From the human T2T-CHM13v2.0 reference genome, Homo sapiens, in NCBI GenBank assembly GCA_009914755.4, contig CP068257.2, forward strand, positions 31,008,001 to 31,072,000: 64,000 bases of DNA. The letters run 5' to 3'. Shown in pieces: positions 31,543-49,084 of the stretch (position 1 is the first letter of the stretch; each line of letters begins with the position of its first letter). The notes beneath the pieces are model-generated. The model was not told where the DNA came from. It worked only from the letters and a program-made list of their open reading frames with translations, and searched no databases. A program made the translations under genes and the position numbers.

Positions 31543-32079
31543 TCAAGAGAAGACACAATAGAATTTTAGCTGCATCAAACCATTTATAAAAATTGATTTT
31601 CATAACTGAGATACGATGTCCGCTGGAAAGCACAATTATTATCACAAGCACAAACAAGCAAAAGATACAGGCACAGGCACAAAAAAAGATCAGCCTTCAA
31701 TGCAAAGCCTGGTATGAGGCAATTAACCAACACATCTTTAAAAAAAAAAAAAAGTCAACATTAAATACAATAGCCAAAGTAAAAAAAAAAATACTACACA
31801 TACAGAATTATTGCAGCAACATGCAGAACAAATAGTTCTGTTTCAATGAAATGGTACATTAATGTACAAATCCAATGAACTATACATTTTTAGGAATATA
31901 GCAATTAACTTTCTACAATTTTCATTAAGAGTCTGGTAAAAATATAAATTTTATTTTTCTCCAAACAAAAACATTTAAGAACATTTACATTTAAGATTGT
32001 AGCTACTGACAGGCAGCTTGATGAATAATGGCTCCTTGAGAAAAATACAAGCTGATATTTCTGAAAATGAAATCACTAC

Positions 32080-32590
32080 TAAATGCTTCCCATCTCACTC
32101 AGAGTGGAAGCCAAAGTGCTTAAACAATGGTCCACAAGGCCCTCAACAATTTGTCTTGTTTTTCCACCCTCATCTTCCACTCTCCCTGGTGCACTCACTG
32201 CTCAGACACTGGCCTTCCTGCTGTTTCAAAAACATATGAGGCCTGCTTCCACCACAGGGCCTTTGCACTGGCTGTGCCCACAGCCTGCAACACTCTTCCC
32301 GCACATCCTTCAAGTCTTTACTTTCCAATGAGGCCTTCTCTGACCACTTTATTTAAACTGCACTCTGCCCTTAACTTTCCATTATCCCCTCCCTGCTTTA
32401 TTTTTCTCTATAGCATTTATCACATTTATAAACTATGTATTTTATTTATTTATCCTGTAACTGTCTCCCCTCATGAGAATGGAAAATCCATGAGGGCAGA
32501 CATGTTAGTCTGTTTTCTTTATGGGAATACTCCTAGTAACTAAAAGACTACCTGGTACGCAGTAAGTGCTCAATAAATAATTGTTAAATG
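32080..32590 (+). mobile_element. Ancient interspersed repeat with MIR/MLT-like 3' region (..ccatgagggcag..cagtaagtgctcaataaataattgttaaatgaatgaatg)
   Basis: Tail is nearly identical to the widespread mammalian repeat ending cctggcacatagtaggtgctcaataaatatttgttgaatgaatgaa; the overlapping ORFs are P/S/L-rich artefacts. Confidence 0.4.
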
Positions 32591-35500
32591 AATGAATGTT
32601 CAATACATTTTGAATCCTCAATCTCTCCCGTTTTTTTTTTTTTTGGTCTACAACCCATCTTTTCCCTTTCTAAACCACATTCTATCCTGGTTAAATTCTC
32701 AGCATAGAACCTTAAAAGCACCTCAACCTAAAAATCTGTACTTCATTGGTAGCTAACCGGTAACAGGAAAAGGACATCAAAACTACTTTCACCTTTTACC
32801 ACATGATCTTATTTTATTATGATATTCTCTTATGATACCAAGATATAGCAGTCTTATGAGGAAATGAGAGTGAAAAAGGCGAGTGATGTCTTAGTATTCT
32901 TGTAAAGATAATTTTGACCTGTGGAACTGCTGATTTAGATAAGTATATCCCCATTGTTTCCAGGGGCAGATATGCAGATTTCTCACCACCTAGCTGTTTG
33001 CTTTGATTGCTTGTATAGAGGTGTCTGGGTGGTAATGAAAGCAGATTACTTGTCTGGCCTGTTGGTATGGTTAATTCAAAGCTGACTGTACCTAGATAAA
33101 AATAATTCTCTATAATTATGGTTTATCATTGCTCTTAAAAATTGAAGTCACTGCTTGTTACCAATGCGAACATAGCGTCTATAATCCATTCTATATCAAC
33201 ACACAAGTTCTATAATAATTACACGGCTTAAAATATTCAGCAAGACAATGAACTGTGTGAATAAAAACGTACTGCCTCACTGTATGAACTAATAAAGTCA
33301 AGTCAGTTTTTAAATGAAATAAAAAGATAAAAAATAGTCCTAGTTTATTCTTAACTGGTGCCACCTTAATGTGCTTAAAGAAACAGAGAGTCAAAAAAAT
33401 AAAATAAAATAAAAAATTTTAAAAAAGAAATGAGTCTATGCTCAAACAACAGATGTCCATCCCTAAATACCATACTATTTCAGAAAATGGTGTTCATTAT
33501 ATAACTCAAAAATATATCTAGGTGCTCTCTTCCTCTACCCTTCTCGAGAAAATAATCAACAGCTTCTCAAAACATTCAGAACAATAACTAAGCCAAACAA
33601 TTCTTAAGTGATAGCAAATCCTTTTCAACTAAATTTCTGGCAAGAGTTAAGCTTTCATTCCTTTTGCCACAGATTCATGTTTAAAGACAAGATCATAAAC
33701 CTTGCCCAGAGAATGAAGACGTGAGATTCCTAGGAATAAATAGGCAAGAAAAATAATAAATAGTCTTTAGGTCTCACACACTTAACTATTCTTTGTTAGA
33801 AATCTTGGCACTTTTTAAAATTAAAAGATTTCAGATCATATTTTAGTGCAAGTCTATAGTTTTGAAACTATTTCATTCACAATAAGGAAATGCAACAATG
33901 CCTTCTTAAATATTATATGTGAGAAACACTGTTTAGTAGTTGTAAATATCACGGATGGCACTCAGAAATTAATTCAAAGTAGTTACATCTGGATTTTTTT
34001 CCATCAGCCTATTAAGAGTAAGGCATAACACTAATAATATTTGTTCAATGAAATGTAAAAGTGAAATTAAAACTAGCTGAATTATCTTTAACTGGAATTA
34101 AGCAATTGCTACAGGAAGACAAAGAGCACTGCACATTTTCTTCAGAATGAAGTACTTAATTTTCTCAAGCTTGAAATTCTTTTCTCAGATTAAAACAAGA
34201 TATCAATTTATCCTGTTAGGATCTGATGGCAAAATGAGAAAGTTTCCAATTATATGGCTTTATTTGTTTACAATATCGACTTCAGAAAAAATAAGAAAAA
34301 ATTGCTTTTATTTATAGATTGATTTTCTATACTGTACCTGACTGTAATGTCTGCTCAGAAACTATGGATGCAACAAGAAGAAAACAAAGAATCATTAGTA
34401 AAAACAAGTTACAATTAAAATGTTGAGTATAGTGACAAAACATTTTGAGAAGACCTCACTTAAGTCAATTTGATGACTTTATTTTTTTCTGATAGCTATA
34501 GAACACCAAGTGTTACAAATAAACGACAATGATTGATACAAACCTTCTGCACCTAAGAAGAATCCTACAGTGACTCAGTGATATCCACCGTTTCACCATC
34601 AGAAGCTCCTAGGCCTGCGCTTCTGGCTGCTCCTGTGTGTATGTTATGCATGCATGCGCACATGTTTGAGAATATTATGAATATAAATATGAAAACCTAA
34701 GAAGATGGAGGATGTTGAAGATATGGAAGATACTGCCCTAATACACACCTTTTAGTATTCTTTCTGGGACTTAGCAGTTGATAAGTATAATCACTTCAGC
34801 TATAACAAGAAAAATGCATTCTAAAAACATCACCATGCTATGCAAATTTTGCAAATTCCCACAGCCACAGGGCTTATGGGAAAAATGGGGTTGGGGTACC
34901 ACGTTCAAAAACTTCAACAATGACACATCAAAAAAGATGGGAACCTCATAAAAATAGTAGCAAGACATTATACATGTTAAATGGTTATGAAATGCATGAA
35001 TATAACCATTAATAAGGCACTTCATCTTGAATGAAGTTGGCTTGTAGAAATGGGCATCAGGCAGAGTGCAGCTTGTAATATGAATAATGGAGAAAGGGAT
35101 ATCTGAAATTCAATGAAAAGTTGAAAGAACAGATGTGAATGTGTATGGCTCATAACACACATAGTGAACTGAGGCAGGGGAAGATGTTTGAGGTGTGTGT
35201 GCATATGTGTATGTGTGTTTTATATGTTGTACATATTTCTAGCCATCTTAGTTCTGCTGGGTGCACTTTTCTGCATTTACCTAGTGTTGCTTCCCAGCAA
35301 AATCATGCATAAGCTCATGCAAAATTGGCCTTATGCTCAAACAGTTCCCTAATATATCATATTGGAACAAATTCCCATTCTCAGAACAAGCGTTACAGCA
35401 GAACTGACTGTACTTTTTTTTAAAGGTATGATTTTACTTATAGTAAAATGCGCAGGAAACTAAAAACACTAATGCTGAAGTTTGAGGATTACATAGGTCC

Positions 35501-36612
35501 CTTGTTTCTCCTCTTCTTTCCTTCAACCACTTACTTTCAATTGTTGCTTATTAATGCCTCCACATCAATGTAGGCACAGGTGGAAAGAGGTGACAAAACA
35601 CAAATCAGTCAAGTCTCTACTTTTGGAAGCCAGGAAGAAAGCCTGAAGTTGAAAGTAGTAGCTAAGATCAGACATTTTTTGGAGTTTTAGTAGGTCTAAG
35701 TTCCCTAGCCCACTTACAGGTCCCTGAGGAACTGTCCGTAATTAACTACCTTTAGGCACCATGCAAATTCTAAAATAATCCATAACTTATTTGACCAAGT
35801 AATTACCCAAGAATACATTACTTGATGCAGAAACAATTTTCTCCCACTTGAACAGGGAACATTAAAAAGTTTGGTTTAGGGCTAACAGAAAAAAAATTTC
35901 TTTTTCAGAGTGCTAAAAAGTTAAAATGGAAAAAATTTATTTTGTCAATTATACCTCAATACATTTTAGAGAAAGAAAAAGTAAGTCTAATCTATTAAAT
36001 TCTACAATGAATGTTGAGTTTTCCCGTCATGCTACTTTTATGTGCTCACTGATAGGAGAAGTTTTTTTTTAAAAGACACAGTGGAAGGTGAAAACCTATT
36101 CTGAAGGTCATATATTTATTTCAAATATTAAAATTGGTAATAGCAGTTAGTGCCCAATAATTAGCACTACTTTAAATTATTAATATGATTTAATGCTTAT
36201 TCAAACAATAGCAATTAAAAGTTAAGACCAAGTTACAGAAACTTTTGGGATAGTGATTTAAAAAATAACCAATATAGGCATTAGTTTTCCCAGTAAAGCA
36301 TTTTTCTGCATAATTAGATTATTAAATGCTGTATTACAAGTACTAGCTGAATATTCTATGAAATACTGCCTTGTACAAAGTTAACAATGCTTAATTATTT
36401 ACCCCTCAATCATAATCTATAGAAGAAACCATGCAAGGGCCTCAGTTTACAGCTTAGTAATACCACTGATTGTACAAATATTTTAAAACAGACAAACTTC
36501 CCTTGGAGAATGTACTTTTCAAAAATTACCTTTACAGAAATCCCTTCAAAAACTATTTTAACCAACTAAAAATTCTGTGTAAATAAGTTTACATTTACCT
36601 CTTGGACCTTTA

Positions 36613-36819
<207 letters not shown>

Positions 36820-38623
36820 TTAAGAAAGGAGCGCAGATTTTCATTTTAAATATTACTGATTTTACTCATTAGGTTTTTTGAAATTTTAAATCAGTTTTAT
36901 ATGATTTTAGTATAAAAAAGGACCTAATCGTTCTATTTTGAATATATAGTCATGACAATTAAAATGCCTCCAACATGTCACTGTTTCCTTTCTTCTTTTG
37001 GATTAAAGCTCTGCACAAAGAAATGAAAAAGCTCAGTGCTACAACCTCATCCAGTAATTACATCTAGGGCAACAAATGTTTAAAATTGCTTATTACAAAG
37101 GAAATAAACTGAAGTGAACTTATTTAAAACAAGAAAATTCCTTCTTACAAGGTAATTTGTAAACTTGGGGATAAAATGGGTAAGGAGAAATGGGAGATAA
37201 AAGAAGATACACTGAGCTTAACTGCCCCTAGAAAAACTTCAAATTACTTTGGTAGTAGAAAAAGAAAATGGAAATTGCTCCCAAATAGCTTACATGAGTT
37301 AAAATTAAAACTAAACCTAAGAATGAAGGTCTAGTCTCAAAAGAAATTTACAAGTACAGTTCATAAACGAATATTACATGTAAACTACAGTTTGTATATT
37401 TTGAGTCATTTTATTGCCCATGCAAAAATACATCATAAGATAATAAACTTATTCCTATAGTGAGATTTGATTATAACTTTTAATGAATATATATTTTACT
37501 TAGGCATGTTAGTTACCATAATGATTTATTTTGATCTTACAGATTTTGATGATTGTCAAAACAAAAAACTTGCGTCTTTTAGGAAATAACTTCAGTTTGC
37601 AATATGTAATTTTTATTCTTTAAAGAAATAACAGTAACTCAAGGCTTCTTTTTAGAATAAAGAGCCAATTTTCTTAAATGCCACTAAATGAAGAACCAGT
37701 TTTCTTCAATGCCATTAAATGAATGCTACTATATTTAATAAGCAATTAATGTTTGGCATTAAGTGTTATTTCTTTCTATATAATAGCATATGCAAATGAC
37801 ATTATTTGAAAAGACACTCACCATTCACATTATCAGGCAATTAATCAAAAGGAACCCAGAGAAAAGGAAAAGAAAGAGCAGTTCAGATGTTAGATTTTAG
37901 TTCAATTCAGGCTAGCATATTTAATGTATAAAATTTTATATCTATATATTATGTTAAAGATAAAAGACCACTGAAAATATATGTAACCTCTGTACATATA
38001 TTGTAGTCACTGCAGAAATGAAAAGGTAGAAGTATATAAAAGAATATTTTAAGCAATAGTTTGAGAATCAGCTTTTAATAGCAAGAATTATGTTGTTTAA
38101 AAGGAATAAATCAAAGTTTAACAATTTGATGTTTACAAAAATAGGGACCACTTAAGAAGTAAATATTTGTAAAAGTCAATACAAATTATTTCTATGAGTT
38201 GAACAAAAGAAACTTTGCAGGTAAGGCCAATACCTCTGGGCAGAGGCATGGCATATTATGAGACACAGAAGAGGAAGACTTGGAAATTAAAAGAAGACTT
38301 GGAGACCATGAATGGTCTTTAAAGAATTTCAGTTGCTGTATGGAAGAAGCTGAATGAGAACTATAAAAGTGATAAATGTTCTCATTTCTATTCTTGAAAT
38401 AATTTGAGAAATTGTGGAGATTTAGAAAGTTGATAAATTCAAGTGAGGCCAGGATCCTTAAAAAGTTAAACAATATTTAAGAATATAAAATAATGAAAAC
38501 TATCTCAAGTATTGTTCCAAACTCCCTCAGTAAGGGACAAATACTTGAGAAGAAAGTAGTCTGTAGATAATACCAGGAAATAAAAAGTAATGATGAAACA
38601 GACAATTATAATTAAGTCCATTC

Positions 38624-38974
<351 letters not shown>

Positions 38975-39483
38975 TAAGTAAAGATCAATTATGCCCTAAT
39001 CTTGGGTTCCTAGTAAGCACTGCATAAGCTGTTGATGGACTTACTTGTCCAAGTGGCATACGTCACACATCTATTAACAGTAGGCACTGTGTTAAGTGCA
39101 GGGAACGCAAAGCCAAATAAGAGAGAACCCTTTATTAAGAGGTCTATGGTTTTAAAAATCATATTTGTAATCAAAACAAACAATACAAAAAGTAAAACAG
39201 ATATACAAGGGAAATCATGAAAAAAAGAGCAATATATATCATCTTAGTGGATTGTCACTAAATGACTAGATACGTTATATATACATACTTCCCAAACTTA
39301 GGGAAATACCTATCTTCCATTTATTCACTAGTATCCACTGTGAAAGGAAGTATCAAAGAAGGCATAAAAGCACATTAAACAGAATTCTAAGACACATCTA
39401 TTAATTTAAACCATCTATTAACTTTTAAAAGGCCATTTAAAAGCTTTATGAAGAGAGGAAAAAGAGGATATTCTGTAATGTTA

Positions 39484-39654
<171 letters not shown>

Positions 39655-41383
39655 CTAAAAAAGCAAACAAGAAATTTTTATAAGTACATTAATATATTAA
39701 TTGTAATATGGCTTTTAAGAACTACCAGAATCAAACCAAAAATTTATCATTATAGCACTATTTGGGACTAGCTTCTGAAAACATAACAGTTTACTAGGCT
39801 GAGTTATTTCCCATCATTTCAATTTTTAAAACAAATACTGTATCAATGGAAACTACAAGTATTGATAAGGACTTCTTTCTGGTTAAATGATAAAATTTAT
39901 CTTATTAAAGTATCCCTATAAATCAGAGTTGTTTACCTTGCCCACCTAAAAGAATTCATCAATCAACAGCCTGCATTAGAATAAAAAAAAGTTTACTTAG
40001 TCCTAAACATAAATAACTAGGTCTCTTTAACTTTTGGATTTGGCTTTATAAGTTTAAGTAATTAAGGTAAAAAAAATGAAAAAAAGGAGTTGCTCTTAAA
40101 TTGTCACAAAATAAAGAAAATAAGTAAAACTTCTGAATGAAGTCATGACAGCTTTTTATGCATAAAATCCACATCGGTAATATATATAAGGGAAGAACTA
40201 GGGGGAAGAGCATGCAAGAAATTCAAGGACCTCTCGGCTTCCACAAGTCCTTATCACATATAACAATAAAAGTGTTCCAAAAAGTTATTGATCTTTATAT
40301 GCAAGAATTCTAGCCTATAAATCTGACAGAGTCAATGTTCGATCTTTATCCAATCTGTGTATTTGGAATCTAGTCATATTCTATGCCTTGCATTTTAACT
40401 TAACTCTTTCCAATTTACGTTTTATTTTATCATGTAAGTATGGTGATCATCCATAATTATAGAAGAACCAAAAGCTAAAATAAGATTAAAAAAACCTTAA
40501 ACTGGGTTCATTTAATTACCTAGAGACTTACACCAGAGCTGTTCTTTGCTAGCATGGAGAATAAAACAAAATGAGCCCCAGGGCCTCCTTTATCATTTAA
40601 ATCTTTCTTCAAGGAACTGGGCAAAACTGATCTTATTCCTCTACTAGTTTGGCTTTGTCTATCTTGGTGTCAAACTTTGTAACCTGTCAACCAATTGCTA
40701 TCCTAGGGAGTTTTCTAATTCCTAACTATCAACAGTGGAGAATCAGCTAAGTCAGATCCTGAAAACTAACATCTGTTATAATTTTGATGAAGAGGTCCAA
40801 GTACTTCAATAAGCTTATTATCAGAATCCATGTACATTTATTCAGCCACTTAAAACTTGAAACAAATCCAAGGCATGTGATAAACTCTTATCTAAATGAC
40901 CAACATGCTTGCTTTCATTTTCTTGTTTCTGTCAAATTTTCTAAATAAATTACAAATAAACATCAAAAACATACTCAAAAAATCCAAACAGTAAAATTTA
41001 TTTAGTTACATGAAAAATATATTCTGTAGTAGAGAATTTTATACACTGTACTTTCATTTTTGAGATAAAGAACCTCAGCTGCAAAGTAACTAATTAACCA
41101 ATACTCAGGTCAAATTTAAGATCATTAACTAAAGGAAATAAGAACATGTAACTTCCTATTGCTGTTTTTTTATAGTATTTGAGAACTATGTTAAGTTCTG
41201 ATGGAACTAAACGAAGTTTAGCCACAGCCTTATAACCTTAACTTGCAGAGGAGGGAAGACTTAGAAAGCTCAGCATTGCTAAATAGTTTGTCAAAGAGTT
41301 GAGACTATGTTTATCTTAGGCTGAATCTGATGGATAAGTAGTAAAGAAAAAAAAAAAAGAAAAAACGTTGCAAACAGCGACCT

Positions 41384-41605
41384 TATCAGAGAAGTTGAAT
41401 TGCATTCATTTTCATTCTCACTAACTATGGCATTTTCATCTGATCCTGTTTTTTTATAGCTACTAATTTGAAAACACCAAACAAACTGGATTGGTATCAG
41501 AGAAGTTGAATTGCATTCATTTTCATTCTCACTAACTATGGCATTTTCATCTGATCCTGTTTTTTTATAGCTACTAATTTGAAAACACCAAACAAACTGG
41601 ATTGG
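41384..41605. repeat. Perfect 111-bp tandem duplication (tatcagagaagttgaattgcattcattttcattctcactaactatggcattttcatctgatcctgtttttttatagctactaatttgaaaacaccaaacaaactggattgg x2)
   Basis: Copies at 41384-41494 and 41495-41605 appear identical; ORF 41291..41620(-) is an artefact of the repeat. Confidence 0.9.
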
Positions 41606-42034
41606 GTTACAAATTGTCAAAAATATAGTCCTATATAATTGTACATATGAAAATAGACCCTTCTTATCCTAAAATAGATTTTTAAAAGACAACACAGAGA
41701 ATAAAAGGCCAAATACACACATACACCCACACCCACACATATATATTTCCTCCAAAAGACAGGGAAAAAATTGTTGAAATACTATAAACAGCAGATTTTA
41801 AAAGGGAGAATAAGGAACAACAGAAGTAGATAGAGAGCTACCTAAAGAGAATATGAAGATCAGGTAAAGGAAATATTTAAATCAAAAGAAAGTTTGGCCA
41901 AAAAAAGAGACAGAGATTAGAAGTACAAAATGAAGCATAACATTACATACACTTTCTGGAAGGTAATAAGAAACATAAGTATTCAAAAAGCACTTAAAGA
42001 GGCAGATGATACAAGGCACATACATTTTAATTTA

Positions 42035-42199
<165 letters not shown>

Positions 42200-42903
42200 T
42201 TAAAATGTAGCATCCACCTTCCCTCTCCAACTTTTTATTATTACAGTATTCAAATATACAAAAAAAATTATACTGTGAACATCCATATACCCACCATTTA
42301 AATTTGACAACTGTTAACATTTTGTCACATATGCTTCATTACATTATCTATCACACACTTATTTTTAATTAGGCCAACAATTAGAAACTAAATATACATT
42401 CAGGTTTATGCTCTTACAGTTCTTTGCACATAAAATAAAAATATTTATAGAACAAAATTTTTTTAAACCTAAGATCTGTTATCTCTAATGACTGTGTCTA
42501 CAGCATTGATGCTAAATAAAATACAAATTGAAAAATTAAAAATTTGAGCTTTCTGCACTAAAGTTTCCCTTAACCTATATTCTGAACTTAACTCTCTTAA
42601 CATTTACTTTTCTCCTCTATTTCACATACAAAAACTGAATATTTAAATTATACTAAAGCAGACAGTAAACAAAGCCTTTCACTTCTATTTGCATTTAATA
42701 ATCTTTACTGGCATCAAGAAATATTAAAACGTAAGTTTTAAAAGAGAAGCAAAACAGTTTCATATATAACAGCATGAAGTATGGAGCCAGACGAATCCCA
42801 GTTCTAACACTTGCTAATTATGAGACTTGCAGCAGATGGAAATGGGCATAATAATAGAGTCTATCCCTATAATTGTTATTGATACATGTTAAGACTTAAG
42901 TAC

Positions 42904-43208
<305 letters not shown>

Positions 43209-43310
43209 TTAAGTACACTGCCTGCTCCATAAAATGCGCTCACTAATGTAACCTCTCATTATTATTTGGTGAATTCTAAAGAAAGAAAAACAAGTTTAAA
43301 ATCAAGTATA

Positions 43311-43680
<370 letters not shown>

Positions 43681-43714
43681 TTAAGAGTTCAACGTTAAGA
43701 ATAATTTTTAATTA

Positions 43715-44026
<312 letters not shown>

Positions 44027-44930
44027 CTAAAGCCTCAAAAACTATCCCTGAGAGATACGGTGACACAATTAACATCAGTGTACTTAAATAATATTCTCAT
44101 CTGGCTTAGGAAATAAAAAATTATTTCCAATTGCCAGCATTTTATTTTTACAACACAAACTTACTATTTAGACCTATTATAGAATCTCAAAGTCATCTAA
44201 GACAAAGCCTATCAAAGACTGAAAGATTCATATTTTATAACTTCATTCAATACATACAAATATTCTTAAATTTTACCATAAAGTCACTCTGTAAAGTATA
44301 ATCTGTTTATTAACAATATTTATTTCACCAGATTAAAAAAATAGCTATAAAATCAGGATGCTTTTGGACTTAGGAGATTGAACTTTAGAAAATGTTTTCT
44401 AACAATCTTGTTTAAGTTTATAATCTTATGTAACAACATAATTTATATTAATTCATTATTAATTCAATAAGTGTTCATTAAAATATTTTTTCTTTAGAAG
44501 TCAGGCAATTTTGGGGTTCTTTTTGACATGAAATTCTCAAGTTTTCTCTCATCAGTACAAGAAGGTATAGCGTTGCATGTATATAAATGCATCATTCACA
44601 ATTCCATAGGTGAAAAACAATGACTATGGTTCTAGGAAGCAGGCAAAGCAATCAACAGATGAAGAAGGAAACTGCTATTTCTCTACTAGTGATAGATAAA
44701 CATTTTTGGCAAGGAGGGTATTTTTCTGTTTCTCTACAAAATAAAAAAGCAGATTAGAAAACAGTGTCATTTGCATTGAAAGCTTTTTAGAATCCCAATT
44801 TCAGCAACATTAGCCTAAATTGTTTCTTAATAGACCCAAAGAGTTCAAGTTTCCAACAAGTACCCAACCTTTTTCTTGGAAGTAATTTACTTCCTGGAAG
44901 AATTTGATTACTGTATTATTTTATTTTTTA

Positions 44931-45134
<204 letters not shown>

Positions 45135-46312
45135 TCAATAAACAATAATCCATTATTAAATATAACTTACATGGCAGTATTTTAAACACAGAATTGGAAA
45201 ACTGGGTGCGAATTCATTGTACATGGTCTCAAAGCCGAATTTACGAAAACTCATGAATGCAACTTCCTCTCTGACTTATGGGTACTGAGACTTCCACCCC
45301 TGTTGGAGCTGTGGAGGCATCCAGCTTCTGCCCACTCTGTGAGGCTGGCACCAGACAAGACAGACACCAGCCATAAGCTTGACTGGAAAGGCAGTAAGGG
45401 CAGATGGCAAAGGGCTGCTGCTCACATGTGAGGACATCACCTACTCCGTTGAGTATTCAGAGGGACCTCCTTACTAGCTCCAGTCTTCAGAAAAATGGGC
45501 CCCAAATACGAGTCTTTTCTCTTTCCAGCTTCTAACCATTCCAGAAACTATGTAGAGCAATGCCACACAAAGAAATGTAACATAAACCACACCTATAATG
45601 TTAAATTTTCAAGAAGGTGCATTTATAAACATGAAATTAATTATACTTTCTTTAACTCAACATGTCTAAAATATCATTTCAACATGTAATCAATATAAAA
45701 CAACTACAGTTAACCTTTCAACAACACAGGTTTGAACTGTGCAAGTCCACTTATATATGGATTTTTTTCAACCAAAGAAGAATCAAAACTACAGTATTCC
45801 TGGCATGCAAAACCCATGAATATGAATGATGACTTTTCATAAGCATGGGTTCCACATGGCCGACTGTGGGACTTGAGTATGCACAGATTTTGGTATGTGA
45901 GGGTAGAACCAATACTCTGAGTATACCGAACATGATTTTACTAATGAGATACCTTACATTCTTTTTTATTTTTTAAGGCAGTCTTTGAAATCTAGTGTGC
46001 ATTTTATACTTGCAGCACATCTCAACTGAGACTAGTCACATTTCAAGTGCCCAGTAGCTACATGTGGCTAGTGGCTGCTATACTGGACAATGCGCCCACA
46101 GAGGAAGTTTTAAGGTCAAGAGATCAAGACCCACACTTCCAGCACTACCACCCCCAGAAGTCGTAACACTAGGTGTCACTGTCTTTCAATTAAATTAGGA
46201 GTCAGAGGAATTTTATTTAAAGCCAAAAAAGTTTGAAGTGAATCAGTAAATACAAGCAGTCCCACTGCTTAGCAATATCAAAACTTAAAGCACTATGTAA
46301 AAATTGTCTTAC

Positions 46313-46374
46313 CTGTCAAAAGCAGGTGCATTGGCTTCAAATCCCCTTGACATACGGACACGATGAGATCCCAC
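46313..46374 (-). CDS. SYNJ1: SYNJ1 coding exon (62 nt; VGSHRVRMSRGFEANAPAFD)
   Basis: Minus-strand reading; acceptor ttgtctaag|GTGGGA, donor TTTGACAG|gtaaga; phase joins AG+G=Arg with next exon. Confidence 0.8.
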
Positions 46375-47294
46375 CTTAGACAAGAAAAATATATTTAATC
46401 AAACCAAAAACCAACATATAGACGAAAGAAATATCACTGCTTACAATATCTAACAATTTCTTTGCTGAACACACAGTCGTTAATCAAATAACTGATTTCC
46501 ATTCATGATATGCTTTTAAAAAAACAAGTTCCAGGGAATTTCCACCCTCCACCTTTATTTTTAAAAAACCAACCTCATCAAAAAAAGAAGTTACATCATT
46601 ATGAAATACTCGTAAACTAGTAGGAATTTTTATTGATGAAAACTATTTTTAAAGGTGTTTTCATATATGGTACTTTGTTTTAAGTTCAAACTACATGCCC
46701 TGTGTAACAGATACTATTACCATTTGGGTAATTAAAAAAACCAAAATACCAACAGGTAAAATAACTTGCTATCTGAGATCAACATAACCAATTCCAAAAG
46801 AGATTCAGATGAGACTTTATGTCTCTGACCTAAATTCCTACTCCTCCAAGCTGCCTACCAATACAAATGTCTATGTGTTTTCTTCTCTACTATGTTGAAT
46901 ATTCTATTCACACCAAAGTTCCACCAAATTGAGAATATCATTCCTTCCTGGAAAAGCAGACTTTCCAAGTCAACCTTGCCATCACCCAATTATAGTATTT
47001 GCACATTTTGCAGAATCAGGAATTTTGGGTTAAGCAAATTAAACAAGATGGAAAATATCTACCTATTGTATATTGTTATAATTTTTCTTTTCTTACACAG
47101 GAGAATAGCAGAGAGATGAGGCATAATTGAGAAAGATATAACATGCCAAGAAGAAATATATAGGTGAGACCAGATTATTTCCCTGAACTTCAATTTAAAC
47201 ATTTCTCTCTGAGACGTTGGAATGAAGGTTGCCCAATCACAACAAGGATCACTGAGGGGGGGCAAAAAAGTTGCCCAAAATTCATTCTTGCTAA

Positions 47295-47601
<307 letters not shown>

Positions 47602-48217
47602 CAAAGTGCTTTTAAAGAGGGTGTAAAAGGGGGGTTGTCAAATCAGTCATGTAATTGGACAAGTAAAACCAGAAAATAAACTCTAATATGCTCATCCAAT
47701 TCCAAAACTGAATTAACAGTACAGTATTATCATTCATTAAGCATTATCCCTCACTGCACTAAGTCAGATAATCTAATGAGTATTCTGATAACCAGGGGAT
47801 TCTCTCTTTAATTTTTAAATAAGAAATCAATTAGCCTAATGTCACATCTGTGTTCAATTTCATTTTATGGTACTTAATAATATTCATAAAAGTTTAAAAT
47901 TTGAAAGACGTATGTCCCAGGACATTAAGCATTTTAGACTGCAGAAAACTCACAAGTTGATACTTTTTCTTTGGAGTAATCCCAGATTAATTGCCTATCA
48001 CTCCATACAAGTTCAAAACTTAGCATTTTTGTTTACTGATTAACATTTATTTTGCATAGTACTGCAACGGTGCATAAGGTGAAAAAAATCCAGTTTTCAT
48101 GTCTTCCAGGTAATGCCTATGGTTGTTTTCCACCACTCTGTTCCCCAACACATATATACATTCAGCTATGTATCACAGCTCTCATAGCAATATACTGGCT
48201 AGACTAGATTAGATTTC

Positions 48218-48478
48218 TGTTTTTGTGTTATTAGAGACAGGGTCTCACTCTGTAACCATGCTGGAATGCAGTGGTGCAACCATAGCTCACTGCAGCCTCG
48301 ACCTCCTGGGCTCAAGGGATCCTCCCACCTCAGCCTGCTGAGTAGCTGAGACTACAGGCACATGTCACCATGCCTGAATGATTTTTATTTTTTTATTTTT
48401 TTGTAGAAATATGGGTCTATGTTGCCCAGGATGGTCTTGAACTCCTGGTCTCAAGTAATCCTCCCATCATGGCCTCCT
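48218..48478 (-). mobile_element. Alu SINE (old, AluJ-like, diverged)
   Basis: ttagagacagggtctcactctgtaaccatgctggaatgcagtggtgcaaccatagctcactgcagcctcgacctcctgggctcaagggatcctcccacctcagcc... Confidence 0.85.
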
Positions 48479-48614
48479 AGACTAGGTTTTATTACTCAAT
48501 GTTGAAAGAAAAGTTTTACAATAACAGAGCTATTGCCAATCGTGATAAAAGTAGCACTCCAGAAAGTGTTAAGGCTTTAAATAACCATAACTTTACCCAA
48601 TTAAAAAAAAGTTG

Positions 48615-48948
<334 letters not shown>

Positions 48949-49084
48949 TTAAAGGTATTTTTAAAAATCATTTAATTGTGTGGTATGGTATATCATTTTC
49001 CATCAATATTACTTCTTTACCTTCACATATTTCTGAAATTTCAACCAAAAATTGGGGGTAGACCTTACAATGTTTACCATTTTT

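Noticed and set aside
41291-41620. 109-aa minus-strand ORF with an internal repeated peptide
   Set aside because: Artefact of the 111-bp tandem duplication; intronic and low complexity.
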